64,000 nucleotides of DNA from the NCBI GenBank assembly GCA_951812955.1, contig OX638340.1:1696001-1760000 (forward strand). Reading direction: 5' to 3'. Position 1 is the first letter of the stretch, and every line of letters starts with the position of its first letter. The position numbers and the translations under genes are program-made. This document shows positions 48,882 through 58,430 of this stretch, in pieces. Below the pieces are notes generated by a model. It ran no database searches, was not told the DNA's origin, and worked only from the letters and a program-made list of their open reading frames with translations. This DNA is from an uncultured Gemmatimonadota bacterium. Its GTDB lineage: Bacteria; JAAXHH01.

Positions 48882-49223
48882 TCAGACCTGCTCGCCGCCG
48901 TCCGGTCCGTAGAAGATGACCCACGTCTTCATCGATTCGCCGAAATCCACGAATCGATGTGCGACCCCGGCGGGCACGAATAAGAAGTCACCGGCCTCGA
49001 ACGGCACGACCTCGCCGCCCATTTCGAATTCTCCCTTCCCCTCGACAATCACGTAGCACTCGTCACGGCGGTGAGGCTTCTGATCGTCCACTTCCCGGGG
49101 CATGTACAACTCGATCTGCAACTCGCCGCGCTCCAGCGCAACGAAGAACCGATCTCCGTTCGGAGCGGGGATCTTCGCGGCGATCTCCGAGGGGGTGATT
49201 CGCTTGCAGGTGTGTCTTTGCAT
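48882..49223 (-). CDS. Cupin domain protein
   Basis: 113 aa. Two-His-one-Glu cupin motifs (YVIVEGKGEFEMGGEV...GVAHRF). Confidence 0.75.
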   Translation of the reverse strand: MQRHTCKRITPSEIAAKIPAPNGDRFFVALERGELQIELYMPREVDDQKPHRRDECYVIVEGKGEFEMGGEVVPFEAGDFLFVPAGVAHRFVDFGESMKTWVIFYGPDGGEQV

Positions 49224-49609
49224 GGTTCCTATCCAAAGGGTCAGGTTAAATCACAAGCTTGAACCAGTATACACGAAGAGATCCAGATACAAGAGGCAAC
49301 GAAAGACTATATTCCAAGATAGCGACCTGATCTGGCAATTGCCACGGAATAGAGCCGTGCGATCGGCAAAGCCATGCGATCGGCAATTCGAGTCGCCGTT
49401 GACACCTAACGAGCACCCTGTTTATATTAACTTGATCGAGATAAAGCGCCTGTTTAATGGTTCTTGTTAATAGCATTCGGCATCTCTTGCGTGATTCTAC
49501 GTCGTCTGCGCACTGAATCGTGCGTAACCTGCTTATATGTGCGCTATGGTTAGTCTCCTTGTCCTCTCTGTCGCCTCACTAAGACCGAAATCTCACTAAC
49601 CCAATATCC

Positions 49610-50587
49610 ATGCCCTCCCATCCAACGCTGACTGACATCGCCAGGGCACGACGTTTCCTCAACGATCACCTGACTCCGACGCCGATGTACCGTTCCGCCG
49701 GGTTCAGCGAGACGCTGGGCCTTGATCTCCACGTCAAGTACGAGAATTTCCAGCCCATACGCTCGTTCAAGGTAAGGGGCGGACTGTATGCCATGTCCCT
49801 GCTCGACGAGTCCCAGCGCGAACGGGGGGTCACCACGGCGTCCACCGGCAACCACGGCCAGGGCATTGCCTACGGCGGCGGCGTACTGGGCGTACCCGTC
49901 ACGGTGGTCGTGCCCCACGGTACTCCGAAGGTCAAGAGCGACGCCATCCGCCGGCTCGGCGCCGATCTGGTCGTGCACGGGACAACGATCGCCGACGGAT
50001 TCAAGCGGGCGCGAGAGATTGCGGAAGATACCGGAAAAGTATACATCGAGGACGGCGAGGATTTTGGCCTTATGGCGGGCGCGGGCACCATCGGCCTGGA
50101 GATCGTGGAGGACCTGCCGGACGTGGATGCGGTGGTGCTGCCCGTGGGCGGCGGCAACCTGATCGCGGGGGTAGGCACGGCCATCAAGGCCACCAATCCG
50201 GAAGTGCGCCTCATCGGCGTCCAGGCCTCCAACGCGCCATCGGTTTACCGATCATGGCAGGAAGGCCGGACGGTGATCACGGCGACGTGCGACACCTTTG
50301 CCGGGGGGCTTGCGACGACCTATCCGGGCGGCCTGGCTTTCGACGTCCTGAAAGACCTGGTCGACGAGATGCACCTCGTCACCGAGGAAGAGATGAAGCG
50401 GGCGATCCCCGTCGTCCTCGAACACACCGGGTTCATCGCGGAAGGCGCGGCCGCGGCGGTATTCGCCCTGTGCATGCGCGAGGCGGCGGCGTTGCGTGGA
50501 CAGCGCGTGGCTATCCTGTTCAGTGGCGGCAACCTGGGTATGGACGGGGTCAGGGAAATGGTCCGGTACCTCCCCGATGAGGCATAG
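49610..50587 (+). CDS. Threonine/serine dehydratase (PLP-dependent, tryptophan-synthase-beta fold)
   Basis: PLP-Lys motif FQPIRSFKVRGG, glycine-rich phosphate loop TASTGNHGQGIA, 325 aa. Confidence 0.85.
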   Translation: MPSHPTLTDIARARRFLNDHLTPTPMYRSAGFSETLGLDLHVKYENFQPIRSFKVRGGLYAMSLLDESQRERGVTTASTGNHGQGIAYGGGVLGVPVTVVVPHGTPKVKSDAIRRLGADLVVHGTTIADGFKRAREIAEDTGKVYIEDGEDFGLMAGAGTIGLEIVEDLPDVDAVVLPVGGGNLIAGVGTAIKATNPEVRLIGVQASNAPSVYRSWQEGRTVITATCDTFAGGLATTYPGGLAFDVLKDLVDEMHLVTEEEMKRAIPVVLEHTGFIAEGAAAAVFALCMREAAALRGQRVAILFSGGNLGMDGVREMVRYLPDEA

Positions 50588-50616
50588 CACGCACGTCGCT
50601 GACATTGGAATGGCCT

Positions 50617-50672
50617 GTCGTATACACATCGTATACACGCCCAGTAATATACACACCCTATCGTATACACTA
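50617..50672. promoter_or_regulatory. Three to four direct copies of TCGTATACAC (palindromic GTATAC core) in the leader of the TPP-enzyme gene
   Basis: Read directly, between the dehydratase stop (50587) and the GAGGAG RBS / ATG at 50712. Confidence 0.4.
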
Positions 50673-50711
50673 TCCTTGCCGTAATGTGGTCTAGTCCTAC
50701 GAGGAGCCGAC

Positions 50712-52346
50712 ATGAACGTCGCACAGGCGGTTGCCCACGTATTGAAGAAGGAAGGGGTCGAGTACCTCTTTGCGTACCCAGTCAACCCACTGATCGAAAG
50801 CGCCGCGGAGCTGGACATCCGCACGGTGATCGTACGTCAGGAACGGATCGGCCTCCACATGGCGGACGCGGTCAGCCGGTTGTCTTCCGGCCGCAAGATC
50901 GGCGTGTTCTGCATGCAGAGCGGACCCGGTACCGAGAACGCCTATGGCGGTGTTGCGCAGGCCTTCGGCGAATCGGTACCCATCGTGGTCCTCCCGATGG
51001 GCTACCGGAGGAAGGTCGCCCAGTTACCGCCGAATTTCCATGCCTATCTCAACTTCCAACACATCACCAAGTCCTGTGAATACCTTGTGCTTCCCGAGAC
51101 CGTATCGGAGGTGATGCGCCGGGCGTTCACCCGGGTCAAAAACGGACGGCCGGGTCCGGCACTGGTGGAGTTCCCGACCGATCTCCTGGGCGAGGAGGTG
51201 CCCGAGCCATTTGATTACAGGGCTACTCCTTCCGTCCGCGTCGGACCCGATCCGGACGCGGTGCGTGACGTCGCCGAGGTACTGGTCGCGGCGGAAAGGC
51301 CGGTCATCTACGCCGGCCAGGGGGTGCACTACGCCCGCGCCTGGCCCGAACTCAAGCAACTGGCCGAGTTACTGGAAGCGCCGGTAACCACCAGCCTTGA
51401 CGGCAAGAGCGCCTTCCCGGAAGACCATCCCCTGTCCCTGGGCAACGGAGGACGGTCGATGCCGGAGCCTGTTCATGTTTTCGTGCAAAATGCCGACGTG
51501 ATCTTCGGGATCGGGTGCAGCTTCACTCGGACGAATTTCGGCCTGACCATGCCAGAGGGAAAGACGTATATCCACGCCACGCTGGATCCGGACGACATAA
51601 ACAAGGACGTGGAATCCGCCTATCCCATCGTAGGCGATGCCGCGCTGACGCTCAGGGCCCTAATCGAGGAGGTATCGGACAGGTTGAAGAGAAAGCCGCG
51701 CGGCAGGCGCGACGGGATCGCGGCAGAAATCCGGACGATCCGGCGGCGCTGGATGAACGCCTGGATGCCGAAACTCCGGGACGCATCCACGCCGTTCTCC
51801 CCTTACCGGGTCATCAACGACATGATCGAAACCGTCGACATCGAGCGAACGATCATCACGCACGACGCGGGCAGCCCACGTGACCAACTTACCCCCTTCT
51901 GGCCGTCAACCACGCCCCTGAGCTACATCGGCTGGGGCAAGACCACGCAGCTAGGCTACGGCCTCGGCCTGGCCATGGGCGCAAAGCTGGCCCACCCCGA
52001 CAGGCTCTGCATAAACGTGTGGGGCGACGCGGCCATCGGGTTCACGGGCATGGACTTCGAAACGGCCGTGCGCGAGCGCATCCCCATCCTCTCCGTCCTT
52101 TTCAACAACCACTCCATGGCCATAGAGATTCCCGTCATGCCCACATCGCAGGCAAAGTACGGCGCGACCGACATTTCGGGAAACTACGCCATGATGGCTG
52201 AGGCCTTCGGCGGCTACGGGGAGCGGGTCGAGTCTCCCGAAGAGATCATCCCGGCGCTGAAGCGGGGTATAAGGAAAACGGAAGAAGGAGTGCCGGCGCT
52301 GCTGGAGTTCATGACGAGCAAGGAAATCGACTTCTCATTCTTTTGA
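50712..52346 (+). CDS. Thiamine pyrophosphate-dependent enzyme (acetolactate synthase / sulfoacetaldehyde acetyltransferase-like)
   Basis: Three-domain TPP-enzyme layout with the GDAAIGFTGMDFETAV ... NN TPP-binding motif. Confidence 0.85.
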   Translation: MNVAQAVAHVLKKEGVEYLFAYPVNPLIESAAELDIRTVIVRQERIGLHMADAVSRLSSGRKIGVFCMQSGPGTENAYGGVAQAFGESVPIVVLPMGYRRKVAQLPPNFHAYLNFQHITKSCEYLVLPETVSEVMRRAFTRVKNGRPGPALVEFPTDLLGEEVPEPFDYRATPSVRVGPDPDAVRDVAEVLVAAERPVIYAGQGVHYARAWPELKQLAELLEAPVTTSLDGKSAFPEDHPLSLGNGGRSMPEPVHVFVQNADVIFGIGCSFTRTNFGLTMPEGKTYIHATLDPDDINKDVESAYPIVGDAALTLRALIEEVSDRLKRKPRGRRDGIAAEIRTIRRRWMNAWMPKLRDASTPFSPYRVINDMIETVDIERTIITHDAGSPRDQLTPFWPSTTPLSYIGWGKTTQLGYGLGLAMGAKLAHPDRLCINVWGDAAIGFTGMDFETAVRERIPILSVLFNNHSMAIEIPVMPTSQAKYGATDISGNYAMMAEAFGGYGERVESPEEIIPALKRGIRKTEEGVPALLEFMTSKEIDFSFF

Positions 52347-52412
52347 TTCGGGCGTTCTGCTGATTAGCGCTGCGCGGTCGCGTCCTCGCCTGCCCCGATC
52401 GGGCGCGCTGCT

Positions 52413-53597
52413 TTACTGCTTCGGGCGCGCTGCTGAATCCTGACGCGCCGCCGTGTCCAGGCGTGTTTTCGAATCCTCCTGCGCCGCATTCCCTTTAAAT
52501 CGATCTACCAGGAACGGGCCCATGGCCTCCGGCACCTCGCCGGTTGCGATGAGATCCGCGACCAGCCGGCCGGTTAATGGCGCCAGCAGAATGCCGTTGC
52601 GGTAATGGCCGGTGGCGAGAACGAGATGCTCCAGACTCGAGGGACCGAGTATGGGCTTGCCGTCCTTCGACATGGGCCGCAATCCCGCCCAGGTCTCCAC
52701 CACGGGTGCGCCTGCCAGTCCGGGCGCCATGCGGAGTCCATGCTCCATCACAGCAGACAGGCCGCCGGCCGTAACGCTGGTGTCGAAACCTGTCTTCTCC
52801 ACCGTGGCGCCAAATAGCACGCGTCCGTCACGGCGGGGAACAAGGTATTGCCCCAGTCCATTGATGACCCTTGTAACTGTGGGGAAACCGCTTCCGTCGA
52901 CGCAAACTATCTGGCCGCGTACAGGTTCGACGGGCAGTGGCAGTCCGGGAATCCAGTTCTGCAGACCGGACCACGCGCCTGCCGCAATGACAACCCGGTC
53001 CGCGCCAATCCGCCCGTCTGGCAAGATGACCCCGGTCACCCGGTTATTCCGTACAATCAGGTCGATGACTGGGTCTCCGACAAGGAATTCCCCGCCACGG
53101 CCCTTGACCGCTGCAACCAGCGCCCGGACGAGCCGCCTGTTCTCCACCTGGTGCATGCCTTCAAAGAACAGTCCGCACCTGGTTTCAGGCGAGAGCATTG
53201 GTTCAAGTGTGCGGACCTCTTCGCTGTTGAGTCGATCGACCGGTAACCCCAGTTCCTGCTGGTGGTGGTACCGCTGCGCCAGTTCTTCCGATTCCTCCTC
53301 GTCGAAGGCGACCTGGAGCCCCCCTTCCGTTCGGTATTCGATGTCGATGCCTGACTCCGCCAGCAACGCGGCGGACCAGTCCGCGAACATGTCGCGGCTT
53401 GCCATGCACAGATCGAGGTAGGGGCGATGAAACGGACGCGCGCCCTGCGGGGCCAGGACGCCGGCGGAAGCCCAGGAAGCCCCCATACCGGGTTGGCGCG
53501 GATCCACGAGGATTGCGCTCATCCCGCGGCACAGCAATTCACGGGCGACGGACAGACCGATTACGCCCGCGCCAACGATAATCACATCCGTTCTCAT
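52413..53597 (-). CDS. FAD-dependent oxidoreductase (DAO family; glycine oxidase ThiO-like)
   Basis: N-terminal VIIVGAGVIGLSVAREL dinucleotide-binding motif and C-terminal DAO-family motifs. Confidence 0.8.
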   Translation of the reverse strand: MRTDVIIVGAGVIGLSVARELLCRGMSAILVDPRQPGMGASWASAGVLAPQGARPFHRPYLDLCMASRDMFADWSAALLAESGIDIEYRTEGGLQVAFDEEESEELAQRYHHQQELGLPVDRLNSEEVRTLEPMLSPETRCGLFFEGMHQVENRRLVRALVAAVKGRGGEFLVGDPVIDLIVRNNRVTGVILPDGRIGADRVVIAAGAWSGLQNWIPGLPLPVEPVRGQIVCVDGSGFPTVTRVINGLGQYLVPRRDGRVLFGATVEKTGFDTSVTAGGLSAVMEHGLRMAPGLAGAPVVETWAGLRPMSKDGKPILGPSSLEHLVLATGHYRNGILLAPLTGRLVADLIATGEVPEAMGPFLVDRFKGNAAQEDSKTRLDTAARQDSAARPKQ

Positions 53598-53628
53598 GAT
53601 GAAGAACCCGGTATATATCTCAATTCAA

Positions 53629-53657
53629 ATTTATATGTTGATTCTTATTTCGATCAA
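53629..53657 (-). promoter_or_regulatory. Candidate sigma70-type promoter for the ThiO-like gene (TTGATC-N17-ATAAAT, minus strand)
   Basis: Read on the minus strand within an AT-rich patch ~30-60 bp upstream of the start at 53597. Confidence 0.35.
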
Positions 53658-53792
53658 CATTGACAATCTATATTTTGCCATTTTAGATAACATCGCGAAG
53701 GCAAAATCGCGGACCCAGTCGATCTACCCAGTCGATCTACTTATTCGATCTATCTACAGAATCTGCCTACGGGATCTGCCTAACCGATCGAT

Positions 53793-54866
53793 CTAACCGA
53801 TCTCCCCAGGCGCGACGGCACGGTGTTCCGCCATGGACAGGTAGGCAGCGTTGACAAGTTGAAGGGTCTTGAGGTTATCTCTCCCATTGGTCTCGGGTAG
53901 CCGATCCTGTTCGATGGATGCCATCAGTTCACCCATCGGACCGATGAAGGAATCGGGGATCCAACGTTCCTCGAATCGATGGTTTATGGTCTTGTTGGCA
54001 TCGATCTTTCGGCTGGAATAGCTCAGCGTGTCCGGCCGGCCGTGGGGATAGTCGTAAAGCAGGCCAAAAGTCCCCGCGGTGTACCCCTCCGTTCCGTCGA
54101 TGCGCAGCGTCGCGAAGCACTCCTCCGTCCAGTTGTTGTGATTGACGGACACCAGGGCGCGGAAGGTGTCCGAATACTCGAACACGGTAATTGTGCGCGT
54201 TTCCCCGGTTGCCGCGTGCCCCGGATAGGATGCCCCGGACGACCACACGCGCTCAGGTTGACCGAAGAGGGAACGCATGCTGTCAAAATAATGTATACTG
54301 TGAAACATCAGGTCGAGACCCTCGGCCTCAAGGACCCAGGGCCAGGCCCGCCATTCGGTAAGGATGCTCACGTCGATCACGGCCGAAGCGGGATCGCCCA
54401 GCAGTCCACGGTTCAGCAGGTTCCTGGAGGCCCTTACGGCCTGGTCCCACCGCATCTGCTGGTTCACGGCCAGGTTCACGCCGCTCGCCTCCGCCATCTC
54501 AACGATCTCAACGGCTTCGGCGTATACATTGGAGAGCGGTTTCTGGCAAAGCAGATGCTTGCCGGCCATGGTCGCTTTCCGCACGAGTTCCTTCTGGTGC
54601 CAGGGGGGGACGGCGATGTCCACGATTTCTACTTTGGGGTCGTCGAGCAACGATTCTACGGAAGGATACACCCTGGGCACCTCAAACTCCCGGGCGGTCC
54701 GGTTCGCCTTGTCGACGTCCTTGTCCGTCAAGCCGACCACGTTGAATCCCGCCTTGCGATAGGCGGGGAGGTGCGCAGCATTTACGATCCCGCCCGCCCC
54801 GACTATGCCAATACCATAGTCCAGCTTTTTGCCCAGTTCGGGACGGTAATCCAGATCCAGGTTCAT
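53793..54866 (-). CDS. Gfo/Idh/MocA family oxidoreductase
   Basis: N-terminal GIGIVGAGGIVNAAHLPA Rossmann motif and the EKP motif (CQKPL). Confidence 0.85.
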   Translation of the reverse strand: MNLDLDYRPELGKKLDYGIGIVGAGGIVNAAHLPAYRKAGFNVVGLTDKDVDKANRTAREFEVPRVYPSVESLLDDPKVEIVDIAVPPWHQKELVRKATMAGKHLLCQKPLSNVYAEAVEIVEMAEASGVNLAVNQQMRWDQAVRASRNLLNRGLLGDPASAVIDVSILTEWRAWPWVLEAEGLDLMFHSIHYFDSMRSLFGQPERVWSSGASYPGHAATGETRTITVFEYSDTFRALVSVNHNNWTEECFATLRIDGTEGYTAGTFGLLYDYPHGRPDTLSYSSRKIDANKTINHRFEERWIPDSFIGPMGELMASIEQDRLPETNGRDNLKTLQLVNAAYLSMAEHRAVAPGEIG

Positions 54867-55041
54867 CTAACATACCTCCTTGATTCGGGTTCATCGGAAA
54901 CGCAGTAATTATACGGCGGCGCGGCCGGACCGGACAGAAAAAACACTTCGATTCATCTGGCCCTGGAGAGCCGGCCGTTATATCATCCACAACCACGGAT
55001 CCGGTTACAACTCGAAGCCTTTCACCGATCAAGGCCCTTTC

Positions 55042-57441
55042 ATGAACCTGGATAGGCACTCCATAACAAGCATCCTGCGCGGGAAGCCGTACCTGTCCGC
55101 TACCGCGATCCTGACGGCAGCCGCGGCGGGGATGACGCAGATGCCCCTCGTGGATGACCTCGGATTCGAGTTCGCCTTCCTGACTGCCTTCATCGCCACC
55201 TTCGTCGCGGGCCTGATGACCCTCCATCTCGTGAACGGCTGGCGATCGAGCCGCGTTCAGAACACCTGTCTTTCGGTGCTACTTTGCTTGCTCTTCTGCC
55301 TTTCCCTGTCGACGCTCTTGCTGCCGCTGGCCGTGATGTACGTCAAAAGCTGGATCAGCGGTTTCTGCAACGTGCCCGAGGGTCTCGCGTTCTATTTGCT
55401 GCTTCCCGGCATAAGCGTCCTGTGGTCCACCGCCGTCGCTTTGATCTGTGCGCTCGCAACCAATCGTAAACTACACGCCACGCTTCTCTTTCTCGGCGCC
55501 ATGTTCGTTTCGATCGGTATCAGCGTCTTTCGTCTGGCCACCCAACCACCCGTTTTCGCGTACAACCCGATCATCGGATATTTCCCCGGGCCGATTTACG
55601 ATGAAGTGGTGGTCATTACCTCGACGCTGCTTGCGGCGCGGGCCATCGTCCTTGTCAGTGTCCTTGCGATGGTCGCCGGCCTGTGCGTCTGTTTCGACTC
55701 ATCGGCTCGGAAGATCCGTCCCTCGCTGCTCATGAAGTTCCGCGGCGGCGGGCCGGACGGCAGCCAAGCTGGCGGGCCGGACGGCGGACCGGACGGCAGC
55801 CAGGTTGGTGGGAACGCCGCACCTGCCATGGCCATGCGGGTTATTTTCCTGGCTTTGCTGGCCGTGCTGGCTGCAGCCTACGCCTACCGTGCGCCGCTGG
55901 GCATCGTGATCGATCGAGCGTACATCCAGCAGACCCTGGGGGGCCACAGGCAGACGGCCCACTTCAACATCTACTATGACCATAATACCATTTCGAACTG
56001 GAACATCGATCTCATCGCACGGGATCACGAGTATCAGCTCGACCGGATCATGAGCTACCTGGACGTGCCGCCCCCGTCGACGCGCATCGCGTCGTACATC
56101 TATGCCAACGCAGACCAGAAGAAAAAGCTGATGGGCGCCCGCCATACGTCCATCGAACGACCGGGGTCGGATGAAATGCATCTCAACAACGCGGCGTTTC
56201 CACATCCCGTACTGAAACATGAACTGGTGCATGTGCTGTCCGCTTCATTCGGGAATTCCCTCTACGGAGGCAGCTACTGGATAGGATTCCACGAAGGGCT
56301 GGCCGAGGCGGTGGATTGGCAGGACGCCCCCATGAACCCGCACGAGTGGAGCCGTGCCATGCGTGAGCTCGGCCTCGCCCCGCCCCTGGAGAACCTGCTG
56401 AGCATGACGGGATTCTGGACGGCCTCGTCCTCGCGCAGTTACACGCTGTGCGGTTCTTTCGTGCGTTTCCTGATCGAACGCTATGGCTTGCCCGCGTTCA
56501 AGAAGGCCTTCCCCACCGGCGCCGTCGAGGAGTCCTACGGCCGGAAGCCAGCGGAATTGATCGCCGAATGGGAGACATTCGTGGATGGTATTCAATTGCG
56601 GGAAGACCAACTCCGGATCGCCCGTCAGCGGTTCATTCGTCCCGCCATCTTCAGGCGGCGCTGTCCCCACGAGGTGGCCGCGCTGATCGACCGGGCCTGG
56701 CAGGCGTATAGCGCACGGCGGTATTCGGATGCCGTGCGAGACTTTGACCGCGTGCTCGAACTGGAGCCCGAGAACCCTTCGGCCCTGCGAGGCTTGCTGT
56801 ACGGAACCTACCGGTTGGAGGACTACGAACGGAGCGAGTCGGCCGCCCTGCTGATCGAACGTCCGGACCAGACCGTCGGGCTGCTGGCGGACGCCCACCT
56901 GGTCCGTGGCGACACGGCCTGGAAGACGGGAAGGCTGGACGATGCCCGACGCAGTTACGAAGCGGTCGCGGACCTGCACGCGTCGGAAGACATGTCGCGC
57001 GCTGCGTCCATCCGGATGGAGGTGCTCGACCGGGAACCAATCCGTGATACAATCATGGCCTACTTGACTGCCGTGAGCGGCCACTGGCGCCTGATCCTGT
57101 CCGTCCGGGACGCGGGCGATCTCGCGCCTGACTATGGAGCGGCCTACTACCTCTTAGGCCGCTGGCTGTTCCGCTCCGGATCCTACGTAGAAGCTTTGAA
57201 GTACCTGGCGAAAGCGGATGCGCTCGGACTCCCGGGCGAACTCGTGCAACAGGAAAGCCTTCGTCTGGCGGCAATGGCACACTTCTACCTGGAGGATTAC
57301 GAGAATTCGGCCGAATACTTCGAACGCCTGGCGGCGCTGGCCGGGGCGAGCGGCTCGAGCGGCGTGGCCAAAACCTGGGAAGCCTGGATAGACCGTTGCC
57401 GTTGGTACCAGGAGACCGGATCGGAAGATCTCGACAGCTAG
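55042..57441 (+). CDS. Polytopic membrane protein with an HExxH (putative zinc-metallopeptidase-like) soluble domain and C-terminal TPR repeats
   Basis: ~8 N-terminal TM helices, a short GGGPDGSQAGGPDGGPDGSQVGG low-complexity linker, LKHELVHVL (HExxH), and a TPR-like C-terminus. Confidence 0.6.
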   Translation: MNLDRHSITSILRGKPYLSATAILTAAAAGMTQMPLVDDLGFEFAFLTAFIATFVAGLMTLHLVNGWRSSRVQNTCLSVLLCLLFCLSLSTLLLPLAVMYVKSWISGFCNVPEGLAFYLLLPGISVLWSTAVALICALATNRKLHATLLFLGAMFVSIGISVFRLATQPPVFAYNPIIGYFPGPIYDEVVVITSTLLAARAIVLVSVLAMVAGLCVCFDSSARKIRPSLLMKFRGGGPDGSQAGGPDGGPDGSQVGGNAAPAMAMRVIFLALLAVLAAAYAYRAPLGIVIDRAYIQQTLGGHRQTAHFNIYYDHNTISNWNIDLIARDHEYQLDRIMSYLDVPPPSTRIASYIYANADQKKKLMGARHTSIERPGSDEMHLNNAAFPHPVLKHELVHVLSASFGNSLYGGSYWIGFHEGLAEAVDWQDAPMNPHEWSRAMRELGLAPPLENLLSMTGFWTASSSRSYTLCGSFVRFLIERYGLPAFKKAFPTGAVEESYGRKPAELIAEWETFVDGIQLREDQLRIARQRFIRPAIFRRRCPHEVAALIDRAWQAYSARRYSDAVRDFDRVLELEPENPSALRGLLYGTYRLEDYERSESAALLIERPDQTVGLLADAHLVRGDTAWKTGRLDDARRSYEAVADLHASEDMSRAASIRMEVLDREPIRDTIMAYLTAVSGHWRLILSVRDAGDLAPDYGAAYYLLGRWLFRSGSYVEALKYLAKADALGLPGELVQQESLRLAAMAHFYLEDYENSAEYFERLAALAGASGSSGVAKTWEAWIDRCRWYQETGSEDLDS

Positions 57442-57494
57442 GCGCGGTACTTGCCGCGCTCTGAAGTCCTTGATGAAACGCTTGTGGCGAGATG

Positions 57495-57720
57495 GCGCGG
57501 GGAGCGGCACGACTGGCCGGCGAGGTACGGGGAGTGGGAGGTATGGAACGCGGGAGCGGCACGACTGGCCGGCGAGATTGCGCGGGGAGCGGCACGACTG
57601 GCCGGCGAGGTACGGCGAGCGAAAAGCGGCACAGCTGGCGGGCGTGTTGCGCGGGGAGAGGCACGACTGGCCGGCGGGTACGGCGAGCGAAAAGTGGCAC
57701 AGCTGGCGGGCGTGTTGCGT
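57495..57720. repeat. Composite GC-rich direct-repeat region (>=4 copies of gcggggagcggcacgactggccggcg and 2 copies of a ~42-bp unit)
   Basis: Read directly in the gap between two convergent genes. Confidence 0.7.
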
Positions 57721-57735
57721 GAATGCGTCCGGCGA

Positions 57736-58260
57736 CTACCACCCCGATATGGACTGGTTCAGGATCTCCTCTGCCATCTTTTCGATAGCGGTTTCGATCG
57801 CTGGCTCGCGGTCGGTTTCGGTGCCGGTGTCGATCGCGTAGTCGCCGTAGGTGCGCAGCTGCCTTTCCTCCCAGACCACTTCCTTCTTGTCCACTGTTTC
57901 AAAACGTACGTCCACGACGATCCAGAGGCGGACCTCCCGGGCCAGTGTTCCCTCAGAGAACGCCACGGACTCTTCCTGCAAATCGGTGATCACCCCGATG
58001 ATCGCCGCGTCCGCCTGCCGCAAGTCCACGATGCGGAATTCACCGTTGGTGAGAAACCGCTCGATAACTTCATCCGTCAACGTCTCCTGGATGCCGGTCT
58101 CCACGGTGGTGTTATCGAAAAGTGGAATGACGATGTTTCGAATGTCTCCGGCCCGCGATCCCTGCGAAGTGGAGTAATAGCACGACGTAACCACCATGCA
58201 GGCGCAAAGAAAAGAGATAAGGAAGGCGACTGGGTTTCGCTGTGGTTTCAGTTTCATCAT
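57736..58260 (-). CDS. LptE-like lipoprotein (tentative)
   Basis: Signal peptide with a possible lipobox (VVTSC). The IVIPLFDNTT...LT...region resembles LptE. 175 aa. Confidence 0.45.
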   Translation of the reverse strand: MMKLKPQRNPVAFLISFLCACMVVTSCYYSTSQGSRAGDIRNIVIPLFDNTTVETGIQETLTDEVIERFLTNGEFRIVDLRQADAAIIGVITDLQEESVAFSEGTLAREVRLWIVVDVRFETVDKKEVVWEERQLRTYGDYAIDTGTETDREPAIETAIEKMAEEILNQSISGW

Positions 58261-58430
58261 GCCATGCTCCGCTCGTTGATCATCATGCCATTCTATACAT
58301 GTACAATTGTACGTCACGTTCCACGCGTACTTCTTCGTAACGCCACGCTCCATGCGTTCAACGCCGCGTCACTTTCCGCTCGTTCAACGCCACGCTCCGC
58401 TCGTTCAACGTCACGCCACTTTCCGCTCGT

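Noticed and set aside
48494-48924. Minus-strand ORFs encoding PSPPFPPTGLITHY 14-aa repeats
   Set aside because: They are the translation of the 42-bp intergenic tandem repeat. No start context, and they lie downstream of convergent genes.
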